A DNA stretch of 64,000 bases, from assembly GCA_045580305.1 (NCBI GenBank), contig JAZNNQ010000035.1, forward strand, positions 15,437-79,436. Reading direction: 5' to 3'. Under the pieces are notes generated by a model, which was given only the letters and a program-made list of their open reading frames with translations, did no database searches and was not told the origin of the DNA. Origin of the DNA: Eubacteriales bacterium (lineage in GTDB: Bacteria > Bacillota > Clostridia > Oscillospirales > JAAYXM01). Of the stretch, positions 44,853 to 53,629 are shown in pieces (the first letter of the stretch is position 1; the number at the start of each line of letters is the position of its first letter). The translations under genes were made by a program, and so were the position numbers.

Positions 44853-46223
44853 TTATCCTCCTTTTATTACAAGAACCAAGTCCTCTTCTTCAAAACCGTT
44901 GTGGTATAAATAGGATAAATATTTATCCTCAATTACCTCACCCATGGCGATTACCGGTATACCCGGCGGATATGGGCTGATATTTGCCGCCGCAACTCGA
45001 TGAACAGCGTCCTTTAGCATAACGCGCTCCATCTCCATTTTAGCAACCGCCGAGGGTAAATATGCCATTTTCGGCAGAGCACACGCAAGGGTTTTTGCAT
45101 CGATTGGTGCGGTTTTTCTTTTCTCGAGTGCAATTATGGAGTTTAAGAGCGAGTCAAGCTCATCCTCATCATCTGCCGGTGTTATTATGAAAAGCACCTG
45201 CCGCTCGTCAGCCATTTCGCAGACGATCTTGTACTCCTCTTCCAGTATTCGCGCAGCAAGGTATCCGGAAAGTCCCGCTTCGCTGGTCATAACACAAAGG
45301 CGAAGCGGATCGCCATCGGATAATTCCAGCGCCGTAAAGACACCTCTTTTATTTATTATATCACGAATTTCCGCCAATTTAACAGCGTGTTTTTCGCAAA
45401 TTTTCATTCCCTCATTTTCCATAAAATCACGGGCAAGGTCGATGGATGCCATTACCTGATATGAAGGGCTTGAGGTGCCAAATACCGACATTTTCTGTCG
45501 TATTTCGTAGTCATTAAAGGTAGTATTTGCCGTAAGTAGTGCCGCCTGGCCCAATGCAGGCAATGTTTTGTGCAGTGAACACACAGCAAGGTCAGCACCA
45601 AGTGCCACCGCGCATTTTTTACCCTTTATAAACGGGAAATGAGCACCGTGCGCCTCATCTACAAGCAACAGCACGCCATTTTCATGACAAACCTCGGCGA
45701 TTTTTTCTATATCCGAGCAAACACCGTAATATGTAGGACAGGTTAAAATAAATGCGCCGATTTCCTTGTCATCTTCAAGTGCCCGCGCCACTCTTTCCGC
45801 GTCATATTCTTTTGCAATTCCGTGTTTTTCATCAAGCTCCGGATAAATATACACAGGCGTTATATCCATCATTGCAAGGGCATTGTACACGCTCTTATGT
45901 GAGCCGCGATCAATTAACACCTTGCTTGTTCTTGCGCGCACCAATGACAGCATTGTGTGTATTCCCATAGTAGCGCCGCCGGTTAGGAAAAATGCTTGGG
46001 GTACGCCCCAGGCGTTGGCACAGAGCGCCTCCGCATCTGCTATCGGGTACACCCCGTCGTAGAGGTTTCCCGTGCCGTAAAGCTCGGTAAAATCTATGGC
46101 GCAAGCAGGCCCTAACGGGCTTTCGGGAATGTTTTTCCCCTTATGTCCGGGCATATGGAAACGGATCGCCCCGTCATCCGCCCGCTTTGTAAGAACATTA
46201 TAAAGGGGTAGATCTCTCTTCAT
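44853..46223 (-). CDS. Orn/Lys/Arg decarboxylase-family PLP enzyme (YaaO-like)
   Basis: 456 aa with an RFHMPGHKG N-terminal motif and PLP-lysine region CSLHKTLPALGQ. Synteny with darA-holB-yaaT matches Bacillus yaaO. Confidence 0.8.
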   Translation of the reverse strand: MKRDLPLYNVLTKRADDGAIRFHMPGHKGKNIPESPLGPACAIDFTELYGTGNLYDGVYPIADAEALCANAWGVPQAFFLTGGATMGIHTMLSLVRARTSKVLIDRGSHKSVYNALAMMDITPVYIYPELDEKHGIAKEYDAERVARALEDDKEIGAFILTCPTYYGVCSDIEKIAEVCHENGVLLLVDEAHGAHFPFIKGKKCAVALGADLAVCSLHKTLPALGQAALLTANTTFNDYEIRQKMSVFGTSSPSYQVMASIDLARDFMENEGMKICEKHAVKLAEIRDIINKRGVFTALELSDGDPLRLCVMTSEAGLSGYLAARILEEEYKIVCEMADERQVLFIITPADDEDELDSLLNSIIALEKRKTAPIDAKTLACALPKMAYLPSAVAKMEMERVMLKDAVHRVAAANISPYPPGIPVIAMGEVIEDKYLSYLYHNGFEEEDLVLVIKGG

Positions 46224-46234
46224 AAAATCCCTCG

Positions 46235-47329
46235 TTAAATATATTTACGGTCTACATTTGTATTGACATAAAGCGGGTTTACCTTGAATTGTACCGTATC
46301 CCCCACCTGGCAGGTGATGTCGGTTATATCAATTACCGTGTGGAGCATACCAATATGACCCAGCACGCGGGCACGCTTGCCCTTAAGGGTAACATATACC
46401 TTCTCGCCGCTTAGCGTGCGCTTTATATCCTGAAGTACATAGCGAATTCCATCGCGTATTCTGTAGGTATCGCGGATCTTTTCAACGCCGAAGCCGTGGC
46501 TATAGCCTAACGGAACAATGGCAACCTTTCTCGGGTTTTTCGCGCGATACACGCCGCCGTAACCCACGGTTGCGCCCTTTTCCAGCCATTTGATTTCGCA
46601 AATTTCGCTTTCCAGATAGCCTATACGCTGAAGACTTGTCTTGCAAGGGAAGGCTATGCGACCGGTAAATGCGGAGCCTATTCTGACCGCGTCACCAAAA
46701 TCCACATCCGTAAGTTTATAAAATGCGCTTGAATTTGCAAAATGCATTGCTCCGGTTTCATAACCGCGCCTTTTCAGCTCACCTACAAGCGCCTTGAAGC
46801 ACTCTATCTGCAGAAGAGTAAGCTTTTTCTTTCCGAAGGCGGCATTGAGGTGGGTGTAAATCCCAAGGGGCTTTATGTTGTCCATATAATCATAGACCGC
46901 ACCGATTTTTTCAATATCATTTAAGGAATAGCCGTATCTGCCCATCCCGGTATCTATCTTGATGTGCACATTGGCGGTTACACCAAGGCGGCTTGCAATA
47001 CCGTTTATTGCAACCGCGTCTTCATTTGAGCCCACGGTGAGAACCGCATCTCCCCGCAAAAGCTCTTCAATTTCATCGGGCAGTGCGGTTGCGCGGAGCA
47101 TAAGAATTTCACAACTGATACCGTATGCCCTAAGCTCGCTAACCTCGGAAGGCTCGGTAACGGCAAGGGCGGAAATGCCCTTTTCGACAAGGATCTTTGC
47201 ATATTCGCAAAGACCGAAGCCGTAGCCGTCACCCTTAATGACCGCGTAAATTTTCTTACTTCCCGCTTTATCGATAATTTGCGCTATATTGTCACAAAGC
47301 TTTTTCTTTTCTATGACAAATGCGTTCAT
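46235..47329 (-). CDS. alr: Alanine racemase-family PLP enzyme
   Basis: 364 aa with the PLP-Lys motif AVIKGDGYGFG (compare VKANAYGHG), KIDTGMGRYG, GIYTHLNAAF and the C-terminal beta domain (VPLGYSHGFG). Substrate specificity was not verified. Confidence 0.75.
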   Translation of the reverse strand: MNAFVIEKKKLCDNIAQIIDKAGSKKIYAVIKGDGYGFGLCEYAKILVEKGISALAVTEPSEVSELRAYGISCEILMLRATALPDEIEELLRGDAVLTVGSNEDAVAINGIASRLGVTANVHIKIDTGMGRYGYSLNDIEKIGAVYDYMDNIKPLGIYTHLNAAFGKKKLTLLQIECFKALVGELKRRGYETGAMHFANSSAFYKLTDVDFGDAVRIGSAFTGRIAFPCKTSLQRIGYLESEICEIKWLEKGATVGYGGVYRAKNPRKVAIVPLGYSHGFGVEKIRDTYRIRDGIRYVLQDIKRTLSGEKVYVTLKGKRARVLGHIGMLHTVIDITDITCQVGDTVQFKVNPLYVNTNVDRKYI

Positions 47330-47338
47330 CTTTATCCC

Positions 47339-48400
47339 CTACTTTTTCTTATTCTTTAGCATAAACAGGTTTTTGCGGAGCTTGCGGACAACCTTTTCGC
47401 CCTTTGTAACCGCAAAGTCGACAGCAGGCTTGAAAATAAGGTTGAACTCACCCACAAACTCGGTAAAATCGCCGTTAAAGCCTTTTTTGAAACGGTACAG
47501 ACCGTAAAGCGGATTATCCTCCGAAAGATCTCCGGAAACACCGCGGAAATCATAGATTCTGCAATTATTCTCGATCGCCCACTTGATCATACTCCATTGT
47601 AAGAGGTAGTTTGGCATCAGGTTGCGGTGCTCATTTGAGGATGCGCCGTACAGGTACCAGACCTTGTCACCGTATAAAATGGCAAGAGTGCCCGCGATCG
47701 CCACACCGTCGGCGTATGCCATATAAAGGCGGGCATGCTCACCTAAATTATCAAGCATATTTGCAAAGTACGCTTCGTTTCGGACGACAAATCCGTCTCT
47801 CACGCCGGTTTCAAGCATAATGCGCGAAAAATCCGCCACCGCTTCTTTGCCCATAATTTTAACCTCAACACCCTTGCGCTCAGCAACGCGGATATTGTAA
47901 CGGGTTTTGGAATGGAAAAGTGCAAAAACCTCGTCCTCGGTCTTGCCCTCAACATTGAGGCGGAAAACAAAGCGCGGCTGGATACCGGAGAAGTTTTTAC
48001 CTGTATCAAGGTGCTTATAGGAAAGACCCTTCATAATTTCCGCAAATTCGGTGTCCGCGATGAGTACATCCGGGTCGATCTTAAGGCAATATGCCTTGTA
48101 TTTTTCTGCAAGCTGCTTTGCGCCCTCGGTAAGTTCTGCCAATGTGTCACGGTCGTGAATATCACAGACCGGACCACGACCCGCATACATAAGAGTATAG
48201 GGAAGATAGGGCACCTTGCGTATCAAAACGCTCATTGCACCGCGGATGTTACCCTCATCATCTCTGGATAAAATACCCTCCCACTTCCAGTCGGGCTTCT
48301 GCTTTGCCCACATGGATGCCTGCATAAAATGTCCCTTGGGATGCGCCTCAACAAAAGCGTCGTAAGCTGCTATATTTTCATTTGTAACGAATTCGATCAT
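47339..48400 (-). CDS. FemAB-family peptidoglycan aminoacyltransferase (FemX/MurM-like)
   Basis: 353 aa. HFMQASMWAKQK, HSKTRYNIRVAERKGV, YLYGASSNEHRNLMPNYLLQWSMIKWAIENNCRIYDFRGV and LYRFKKGFNG are FemAB family signatures. Confidence 0.85.
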   Translation of the reverse strand: MIEFVTNENIAAYDAFVEAHPKGHFMQASMWAKQKPDWKWEGILSRDDEGNIRGAMSVLIRKVPYLPYTLMYAGRGPVCDIHDRDTLAELTEGAKQLAEKYKAYCLKIDPDVLIADTEFAEIMKGLSYKHLDTGKNFSGIQPRFVFRLNVEGKTEDEVFALFHSKTRYNIRVAERKGVEVKIMGKEAVADFSRIMLETGVRDGFVVRNEAYFANMLDNLGEHARLYMAYADGVAIAGTLAILYGDKVWYLYGASSNEHRNLMPNYLLQWSMIKWAIENNCRIYDFRGVSGDLSEDNPLYGLYRFKKGFNGDFTEFVGEFNLIFKPAVDFAVTKGEKVVRKLRKNLFMLKNKKK

Positions 48401-48492
48401 GGTAATATATCCCCCATTATTATCTTCTGATTATATAATACCATTTTTTTCTCATTTAGTCAAAATAAAATATGTAAATGAGAGCAATGCTC

Positions 48493-48924
48493 TCACGAAT
48501 ACCTTTTACGGGGTGTGCTGATGTCGCAAAGTGCGCGGGATGCCTCCATATCAAAGGAGTTTTGGCGAGCGATATCCGCAAGGGATATCATACCCACAAC
48601 CTTGCCGCCATCCACTACCGGCAGGCGTCGCACCTGCTCCTCGGACATTAAATGTGTCGCGGCGCGAATATCGTCCTCCGGCGACACGCAGGCAATGCCA
48701 CGGGTCATAATATCCCGCGCCAGGGTCTCTTCTGCCTGATATTCCCCTGCCACACACCTGAGCACGATATCGCGGTCGGTAACAATTCCGCGAAGTCTGC
48801 CGTCACTCGCACACACCGGCAATACGCCGATATTGTGTCGTGCTAACAGGCTTGCCGCGTGGCTGACCGTATCGTCGGATTTAATGGTTACCACATTACT
48901 GTTCATAAGCTCCGATACCTTCAT
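48493..48924 (-). CDS. CBS-domain pair protein
   Basis: 143 aa with two CBS repeats (VVTIKSDDTVSHAASLLARHNIGVLPV and ACVSPEDDIRAATHLMSEEQVRRLPVV). Confidence 0.85.
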   Translation of the reverse strand: MKVSELMNSNVVTIKSDDTVSHAASLLARHNIGVLPVCASDGRLRGIVTDRDIVLRCVAGEYQAEETLARDIMTRGIACVSPEDDIRAATHLMSEEQVRRLPVVDGGKVVGMISLADIARQNSFDMEASRALCDISTPRKRYS

Positions 48925-48995
48925 AGCAAAAACTCCTTTCCTGTAAAAATTAGGATACCCGAGATTGCTTTTTACTATGCAATCTCGGGTATGTT

Positions 48996-50540
48996 TTATA
49001 ATTTTATTTTGGTGTCGCCGGAAATCTGCGGGATGTTTTTGAGCTCCTGCTTGATTTCACCGTCGCTTTCGGTGAACACGAAGCATTTTGTAGCCATATC
49101 GTTTTTACCGGAAACGGTAAGCTCCAGTTCGCCGTCATAGCTTAAAGCCTCGAATTTCACATCGTGTTTTGCTCTTGCATATTTACAAATTTCATCAACC
49201 GTTAAGTACATAGGCTCGTAATTTGAAACGGTTTCGGTAAGGGCCGAGAGAATTTTTTCCCAACGCTGGGGAGTTATTCGCTGAATCCAAGCGGACTCGT
49301 GGGTAAGTAAAATTCCAGGGCACATCGAGTCAAAGCAGCGTCTGAGCTGTGTGACGCCGTTATTCACCGTTTCCTCAACTCTCACGGTAGGCGCCCACTC
49401 ATAGCCGCAAACATCGCGGATTTCGATTGTGCAGTTGAAGAACTTGCCGTCTGCCACATAGCCGCCGTAGTAAACCGGCTTCTTGGTCTGCGGGAGACCG
49501 TCGTGATCTTTACGATAAGGGCCACAATGGATCCAGTTAATTGCCTTGCGATAGGGAACATCAAAATCCATATGGATTGAAATAAATTCACAGCCCCAAT
49601 CCTCAAGATAAGGAATTGCATTTGCACCTGTTTCATAATAGTGTGCACACGCGTATTTCGCAATCGGGATATTATGCTTATCAAACCACGCCTTGGTGCG
49701 GGTTGCATTCTCTTTCATTTCCTCATCTGTATACGGACCTACCGCGTGCTCTAAGTATGTGCATTTTTCCGCTCTTTCGTCACATACCCAAGGGCATCCG
49801 GAGAGCGCATGGGGGAATGCGGTAGCACCACCCTCTGCTACATATTTGCTTGCTATTTTCGCGATTTCATCGGTCATATCATCGTTAAAGATACCAAGCC
49901 AGGGCTTAATGCCGTACTTATTTGCCATTTCAACCCACAAAAGCGGGTTTTCCGGGTTCCATTCACGCCAAGCGCCCCAAACATCGTCAACACGAAGACC
50001 GACCATCGGGGGCATACCCTGCATTACGAAAGGCTTTTTTGCCGCCCAGACAATACTGCGCCATAAAAGGTCATCAATACCGTTAATCGGGCCTAAAACT
50101 TCATCAGAAAGCTGGCGCATTCCATGCCAGAAAGCGATTTTTCCGTCGCCGTGTGTTCCGGTTTCAAGAAGTATCGCATCCTCTGCTTCCGCGATTATAT
50201 CACCGTCGAGCTTCTTCTCACCGTTTAAGATCATCGGCATATATAGCTTACGAACCTCTCCCGCGGTGTGAAGTGCATTTATGTAGTGCCCCGAATTTAT
50301 CTTGATTTCAGTAGCGCATGATGATCCGCCATTTGCAAACAAGACAAGTCCCACACCGTTTTTTACCGCGTCCATAACCGCCGCGTCGCAAAGCACTTGG
50401 TCTCCCGCTATAATAAGCGCGCAATCTGAAACCTTGTCGGTCTCCTCATAAGCAAAGCCGAAGAAATCAAGATATGGCTTTAGCAGGTTATAGTCACCAC
50501 GAAGGGTTTCCTTTAAAACTAAAATATTTCTGCACGACAT
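48996..50540 (-). CDS. Uncharacterised 514-aa cytoplasmic protein (possible glycoside-hydrolase/deacetylase-type barrel after an N-terminal flavodoxin/GATase1-like module)
   Basis: Start at ATG 50540 (GAGGTGA RBS). The N-terminal ILVLKE...ALIIAGDQ...GLVLFANGG looks like a small alpha/beta module. The middle GLRVDDVWGAW...KPWLGIFNDD is reminiscent of NodB/DUF2334-type deacetylase openings. No signal peptide. The family assignment is a guess. Confidence 0.4.
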   Translation of the reverse strand: MSCRNILVLKETLRGDYNLLKPYLDFFGFAYEETDKVSDCALIIAGDQVLCDAAVMDAVKNGVGLVLFANGGSSCATEIKINSGHYINALHTAGEVRKLYMPMILNGEKKLDGDIIAEAEDAILLETGTHGDGKIAFWHGMRQLSDEVLGPINGIDDLLWRSIVWAAKKPFVMQGMPPMVGLRVDDVWGAWREWNPENPLLWVEMANKYGIKPWLGIFNDDMTDEIAKIASKYVAEGGATAFPHALSGCPWVCDERAEKCTYLEHAVGPYTDEEMKENATRTKAWFDKHNIPIAKYACAHYYETGANAIPYLEDWGCEFISIHMDFDVPYRKAINWIHCGPYRKDHDGLPQTKKPVYYGGYVADGKFFNCTIEIRDVCGYEWAPTVRVEETVNNGVTQLRRCFDSMCPGILLTHESAWIQRITPQRWEKILSALTETVSNYEPMYLTVDEICKYARAKHDVKFEALSYDGELELTVSGKNDMATKCFVFTESDGEIKQELKNIPQISGDTKIKL

Positions 50541-50749
50541 ATTTATCACCTCTTTTCGTATTATACGGAATAAAAAAACCTTTTTCAATTAAAATATATG
50601 CCATTTTTCGTTTTTGGCATATTGCACAATTTCTTCACTTTTATTTTATTTTTTATTACGAAATTTACACAGGCATATTGTAAATTCATCCGTTTTATAG
50701 TATAATAGTCCAGTACATAAAGTACTAATTTGTAAGGAGGTTTTCTGTT

Positions 50750-51997
50750 ATGGCTAAGGTTAATGTAGGACAAGAGTCCGAAGGCGGCATCACTTCCAGC
50801 TATAAGGTTGATGATGGCGTCGTATTAAAGGTTCCCTATTCTTTCTTTGGTAGTATCTATGATGAAGCCGAGGAGCAAGCGGTCCTTAAGGCTATGCATC
50901 AGGATTCTCTTACCATGGGTCCCGAGGTTCAGCGTTTCCAGAAGAGATTTGCTGAGCTTTGCGGCACCAAGTACGCTTACGCTGTAAGCAACTGTACCAC
51001 TGCTATGCACGCTGCAGTTTGCGCTATGGGTATCGGCCCGGGTGATGAGGTCATCACCACCCCCAACACCTTCGTTGCTACCTCTCTTTCCATCTTAAAA
51101 GAGGGCGGCACTCCGGTTTATGCCGATATCGACCCCAGAACCTTCAACATCGATCCCAAGTCTATCGAGAAAAAGATCACCAACAAGACCAAGGCTATCT
51201 TCGTTGTTCACTACGGCGGTCAGATGTGTGATATGGACCCGATTATGGAGATCGCTAAGAAACACAACCTCCTCGTTTTAGAGGACTGTGCACACGCTCC
51301 CGGCGCTGAGTACAAGGGCAGAAAAGCCGGTTCTATCGGTGACTTTGGTTGCTTTAGTTTCCATTCTCTTAAGAACATCACCACTCTCGGTGAGGGCGGT
51401 ATGATTACCTGTAATAATGACGATTTTGCTTACCGTGTAGATAAGCTCCGTTGTATGGGTAATGTTGACTGGGAGAACCAGGTTGATTACTGGATCCCCT
51501 CTCACTTTGACAACCACCTCATCAACGGCAAGTGGAGTAACAACTACCGTATGACCGAGTGTCAGGGTGCTGTCGGTAACTGCCAGCTTGATAAGCTTGA
51601 TATGATGAACGATCTCCGTATCCAGCACGGCCGTTACTTAAACGAAGGCCTCAAGGGCATCAAGGGTATCACCCCGGTTTATGAGGATCCCAACTGCAAG
51701 CACATCTACCATCTCTACACCGTCTGTGTTGAGGAGAAGGAACTCGGTGCTTCCCGCGACGATTTCCTCCGCGTTCTCTACAAAGAGGAAGGCGTTCAGG
51801 GTATTCTCCACTATCAGCCCACCTATCATTTCACCTCTCTCAAGAGTTTGGGCTATCCCCAGGATCTTTGCCCGATCGCTGAAGAGTTCTTCTACAAGAG
51901 AGAGCTTAACACTCCCCATCATCCGCGTCTTACCAAGACCGATCTCGATAACATTATTCAGGGTGTTAAGAACGCAGCAGAAAAGGTTCGCAAGTAA
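50750..51997 (+). CDS. DegT/DnrJ/EryC1/StrS-family sugar aminotransferase
   Basis: 415 aa with the PLP-lysine region CFSFHSLKNITTLGEGGMI, EDCAHAPGAEY and a VITTPNTFVAT motif typical of nucleotide-sugar aminotransferases. AAGGAGG RBS. Confidence 0.88.
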   Translation: MAKVNVGQESEGGITSSYKVDDGVVLKVPYSFFGSIYDEAEEQAVLKAMHQDSLTMGPEVQRFQKRFAELCGTKYAYAVSNCTTAMHAAVCAMGIGPGDEVITTPNTFVATSLSILKEGGTPVYADIDPRTFNIDPKSIEKKITNKTKAIFVVHYGGQMCDMDPIMEIAKKHNLLVLEDCAHAPGAEYKGRKAGSIGDFGCFSFHSLKNITTLGEGGMITCNNDDFAYRVDKLRCMGNVDWENQVDYWIPSHFDNHLINGKWSNNYRMTECQGAVGNCQLDKLDMMNDLRIQHGRYLNEGLKGIKGITPVYEDPNCKHIYHLYTVCVEEKELGASRDDFLRVLYKEEGVQGILHYQPTYHFTSLKSLGYPQDLCPIAEEFFYKRELNTPHHPRLTKTDLDNIIQGVKNAAEKVRK

Positions 51998-52011
51998 AAA
52001 TAAAGTCAAAA

Positions 52012-52036
52012 AGAGCAAGGCTTTACGCCTTGCTCT
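52012..52036. terminator. Bidirectional terminator between the degT-like gene and the vanZ-like gene
   Basis: agagcaaggc-tttac-gccttgctct, flanked by an A-run and a T-run. The stem includes the vanZ-like stop codon. Confidence 0.8.
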
Positions 52037-52478
52037 TTTTATTTTTTAAGTAAACTAAAAGCCATATAAGCATTATTCCGCAAACAGCACCGGCAAAATC
52101 CAGCACCACATCGCTTACCTGAGATGAACGGCCGGCTGGGAAAAGCTGAATTGTTTCATCAATTACCGCCACTAAAAGGGATACAAAAGCAGGTTTTACA
52201 ATATGGCTTTTGATTTTCTTTGTAAATGCGGCGGTTACCCACAAAAGCGAAGCACCTACTGCAAAAAACTCCACAAAATGCGCGATTTTTCGAAGCATAT
52301 TATGTGAGAGTTCAAAATCAATGCCTAAATACACAAATATGCCATTGACAATACTCAGTAGTCCGCCGCTTGTTTCCGCAGAGTCATCAGCAGGAAGTGA
52401 TGAATTTACAAAAATAAAGGCAACCATCAAAATAGAAACAACCAGGCTTGCCACTTGGCATTTGGTTAGTTTTTGCAT
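52023..52478 (-). CDS. VanZ-family membrane protein
   Basis: 151 aa with four TM segments and the RKIAHFVEFFAVGASL motif typical of VanZ-like proteins. It overlaps the upstream GT gene by 13 nt. Confidence 0.75.
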   Translation of the reverse strand: MQKLTKCQVASLVVSILMVAFIFVNSSLPADDSAETSGGLLSIVNGIFVYLGIDFELSHNMLRKIAHFVEFFAVGASLLWVTAAFTKKIKSHIVKPAFVSLLVAVIDETIQLFPAGRSSQVSDVVLDFAGAVCGIMLIWLLVYLKNKKSKA

Positions 52479-53629
52479 GCAAAAATTCCCTTTTCTCTTA
52501 AAATTTCTTCCATCTGACCCACTCTTGCCTCCCAGGAGCAGGCCTCACCGTAGGCTATTCTGAGTTTTTCCTTTGCGTCGTCTGGCTCGCTGAGTGCCTT
52601 TTCACACTCCTCAACCATATTTTCGGTTTTGTGTGCGATATATACCGAGTCCGCATAATCTAAAACTTGGTCGGGCTGAGGTGTGCTGACAACCGGCTTA
52701 CCGCTTGCCAGATACTCAAAGAATTTAAGAGGGCTTACATCCTTTGACAAATCACCGCTTCTGAACACATTGAGACAAACATCAAATGCGCCGATATATG
52801 CAGGCATTTCCCCATAAGGCTTCATACCGAGGAAATGAATGTTGGGATATTTCTTTAAATAGTCTAAATTTACACCCGGCAGTGTGCCGCCAACCAGAAC
52901 AACCGACCAGTCGGGTCTTTTCTTTGCGATCTCCTCAACCGCATCGTAATCGATACATTCCTGAAGCATACCGGAAAAGCCGATTATCGGGCGGGGTAAA
53001 TCCTTTACATCCTCGGGAATCGGGAGATTACCGCCCGCCGCTGAATTAAAATGCTCAAACTTAACGCCGTTTGGCAGCATAACCGTGCCGGCGTTATACT
53101 TTGAAAGAGTCTCCGCCAGACCGCTTGCGGTTGCAAAAACTTGATTTGCCTTGCTTGCAAGGTCACGCTCCATACCGTCAACCGTGGCTACATCGATCAT
53201 TCCCTTATATGCGGAATGGCGGTCAACACAGTCATACACCAGCGCCGAATGGTGGATTTTGTCCACCGCGTCACAGCTTGTGGGCGAGTAGCACCAGAGC
53301 ACCGGATTTTCAAAGCCGTGTTTTTTCATTCTCTTTCGCACATAACGAGCGATCATACTCTGATTTATCTTATTTATAAATCTGAACTTGTTGAAAAAAG
53401 GGAGTACCGGCGGCAGAGCATAAACCGTAATATTGTCGGTAACCTTATCGCCTTCCTTGCGCCATGCAAAAAGGCGATGTCTGCACTTTTTGTCCTTGAG
53501 AGGCGCGATAATGGTAATGGTTGGGTCAAAATACAAGATCTCCGCGTTGCTCAACCTGCTCATAACATGCTGTTTTCTTGTGGGGAAGGGGTGCCAATTG
53601 CTTGTAGAAAGACAAACTACCTTATCCAT
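52466..53629 (-). CDS. Family 1/4-type glycosyltransferase (TuaH-like)
   Basis: 387 aa. The N-terminal VVCLSTSNWHPFPTRKQHVMSRL resembles teichuronic-acid TuaH-type GTs. The C-terminal GT-B half carries an E-x7-E-like region (LKFFEYLASGKPVVST). Confidence 0.7.
   Translation of the reverse strand: MDKVVCLSTSNWHPFPTRKQHVMSRLSNAEILYFDPTITIIAPLKDKKCRHRLFAWRKEGDKVTDNITVYALPPVLPFFNKFRFINKINQSMIARYVRKRMKKHGFENPVLWCYSPTSCDAVDKIHHSALVYDCVDRHSAYKGMIDVATVDGMERDLASKANQVFATASGLAETLSKYNAGTVMLPNGVKFEHFNSAAGGNLPIPEDVKDLPRPIIGFSGMLQECIDYDAVEEIAKKRPDWSVVLVGGTLPGVNLDYLKKYPNIHFLGMKPYGEMPAYIGAFDVCLNVFRSGDLSKDVSPLKFFEYLASGKPVVSTPQPDQVLDYADSVYIAHKTENMVEECEKALSEPDDAKEKLRIAYGEACSWEARVGQMEEILREKGIFACKN

Noticed and set aside
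49693-50271. 192-aa plus-strand ORF inside the 514-aa hypothetical gene
   Set aside because: It is Ser/Pro/Ala-rich and low-complexity with no RBS. The opposite frame is longer, has a proper RBS and has a balanced composition.
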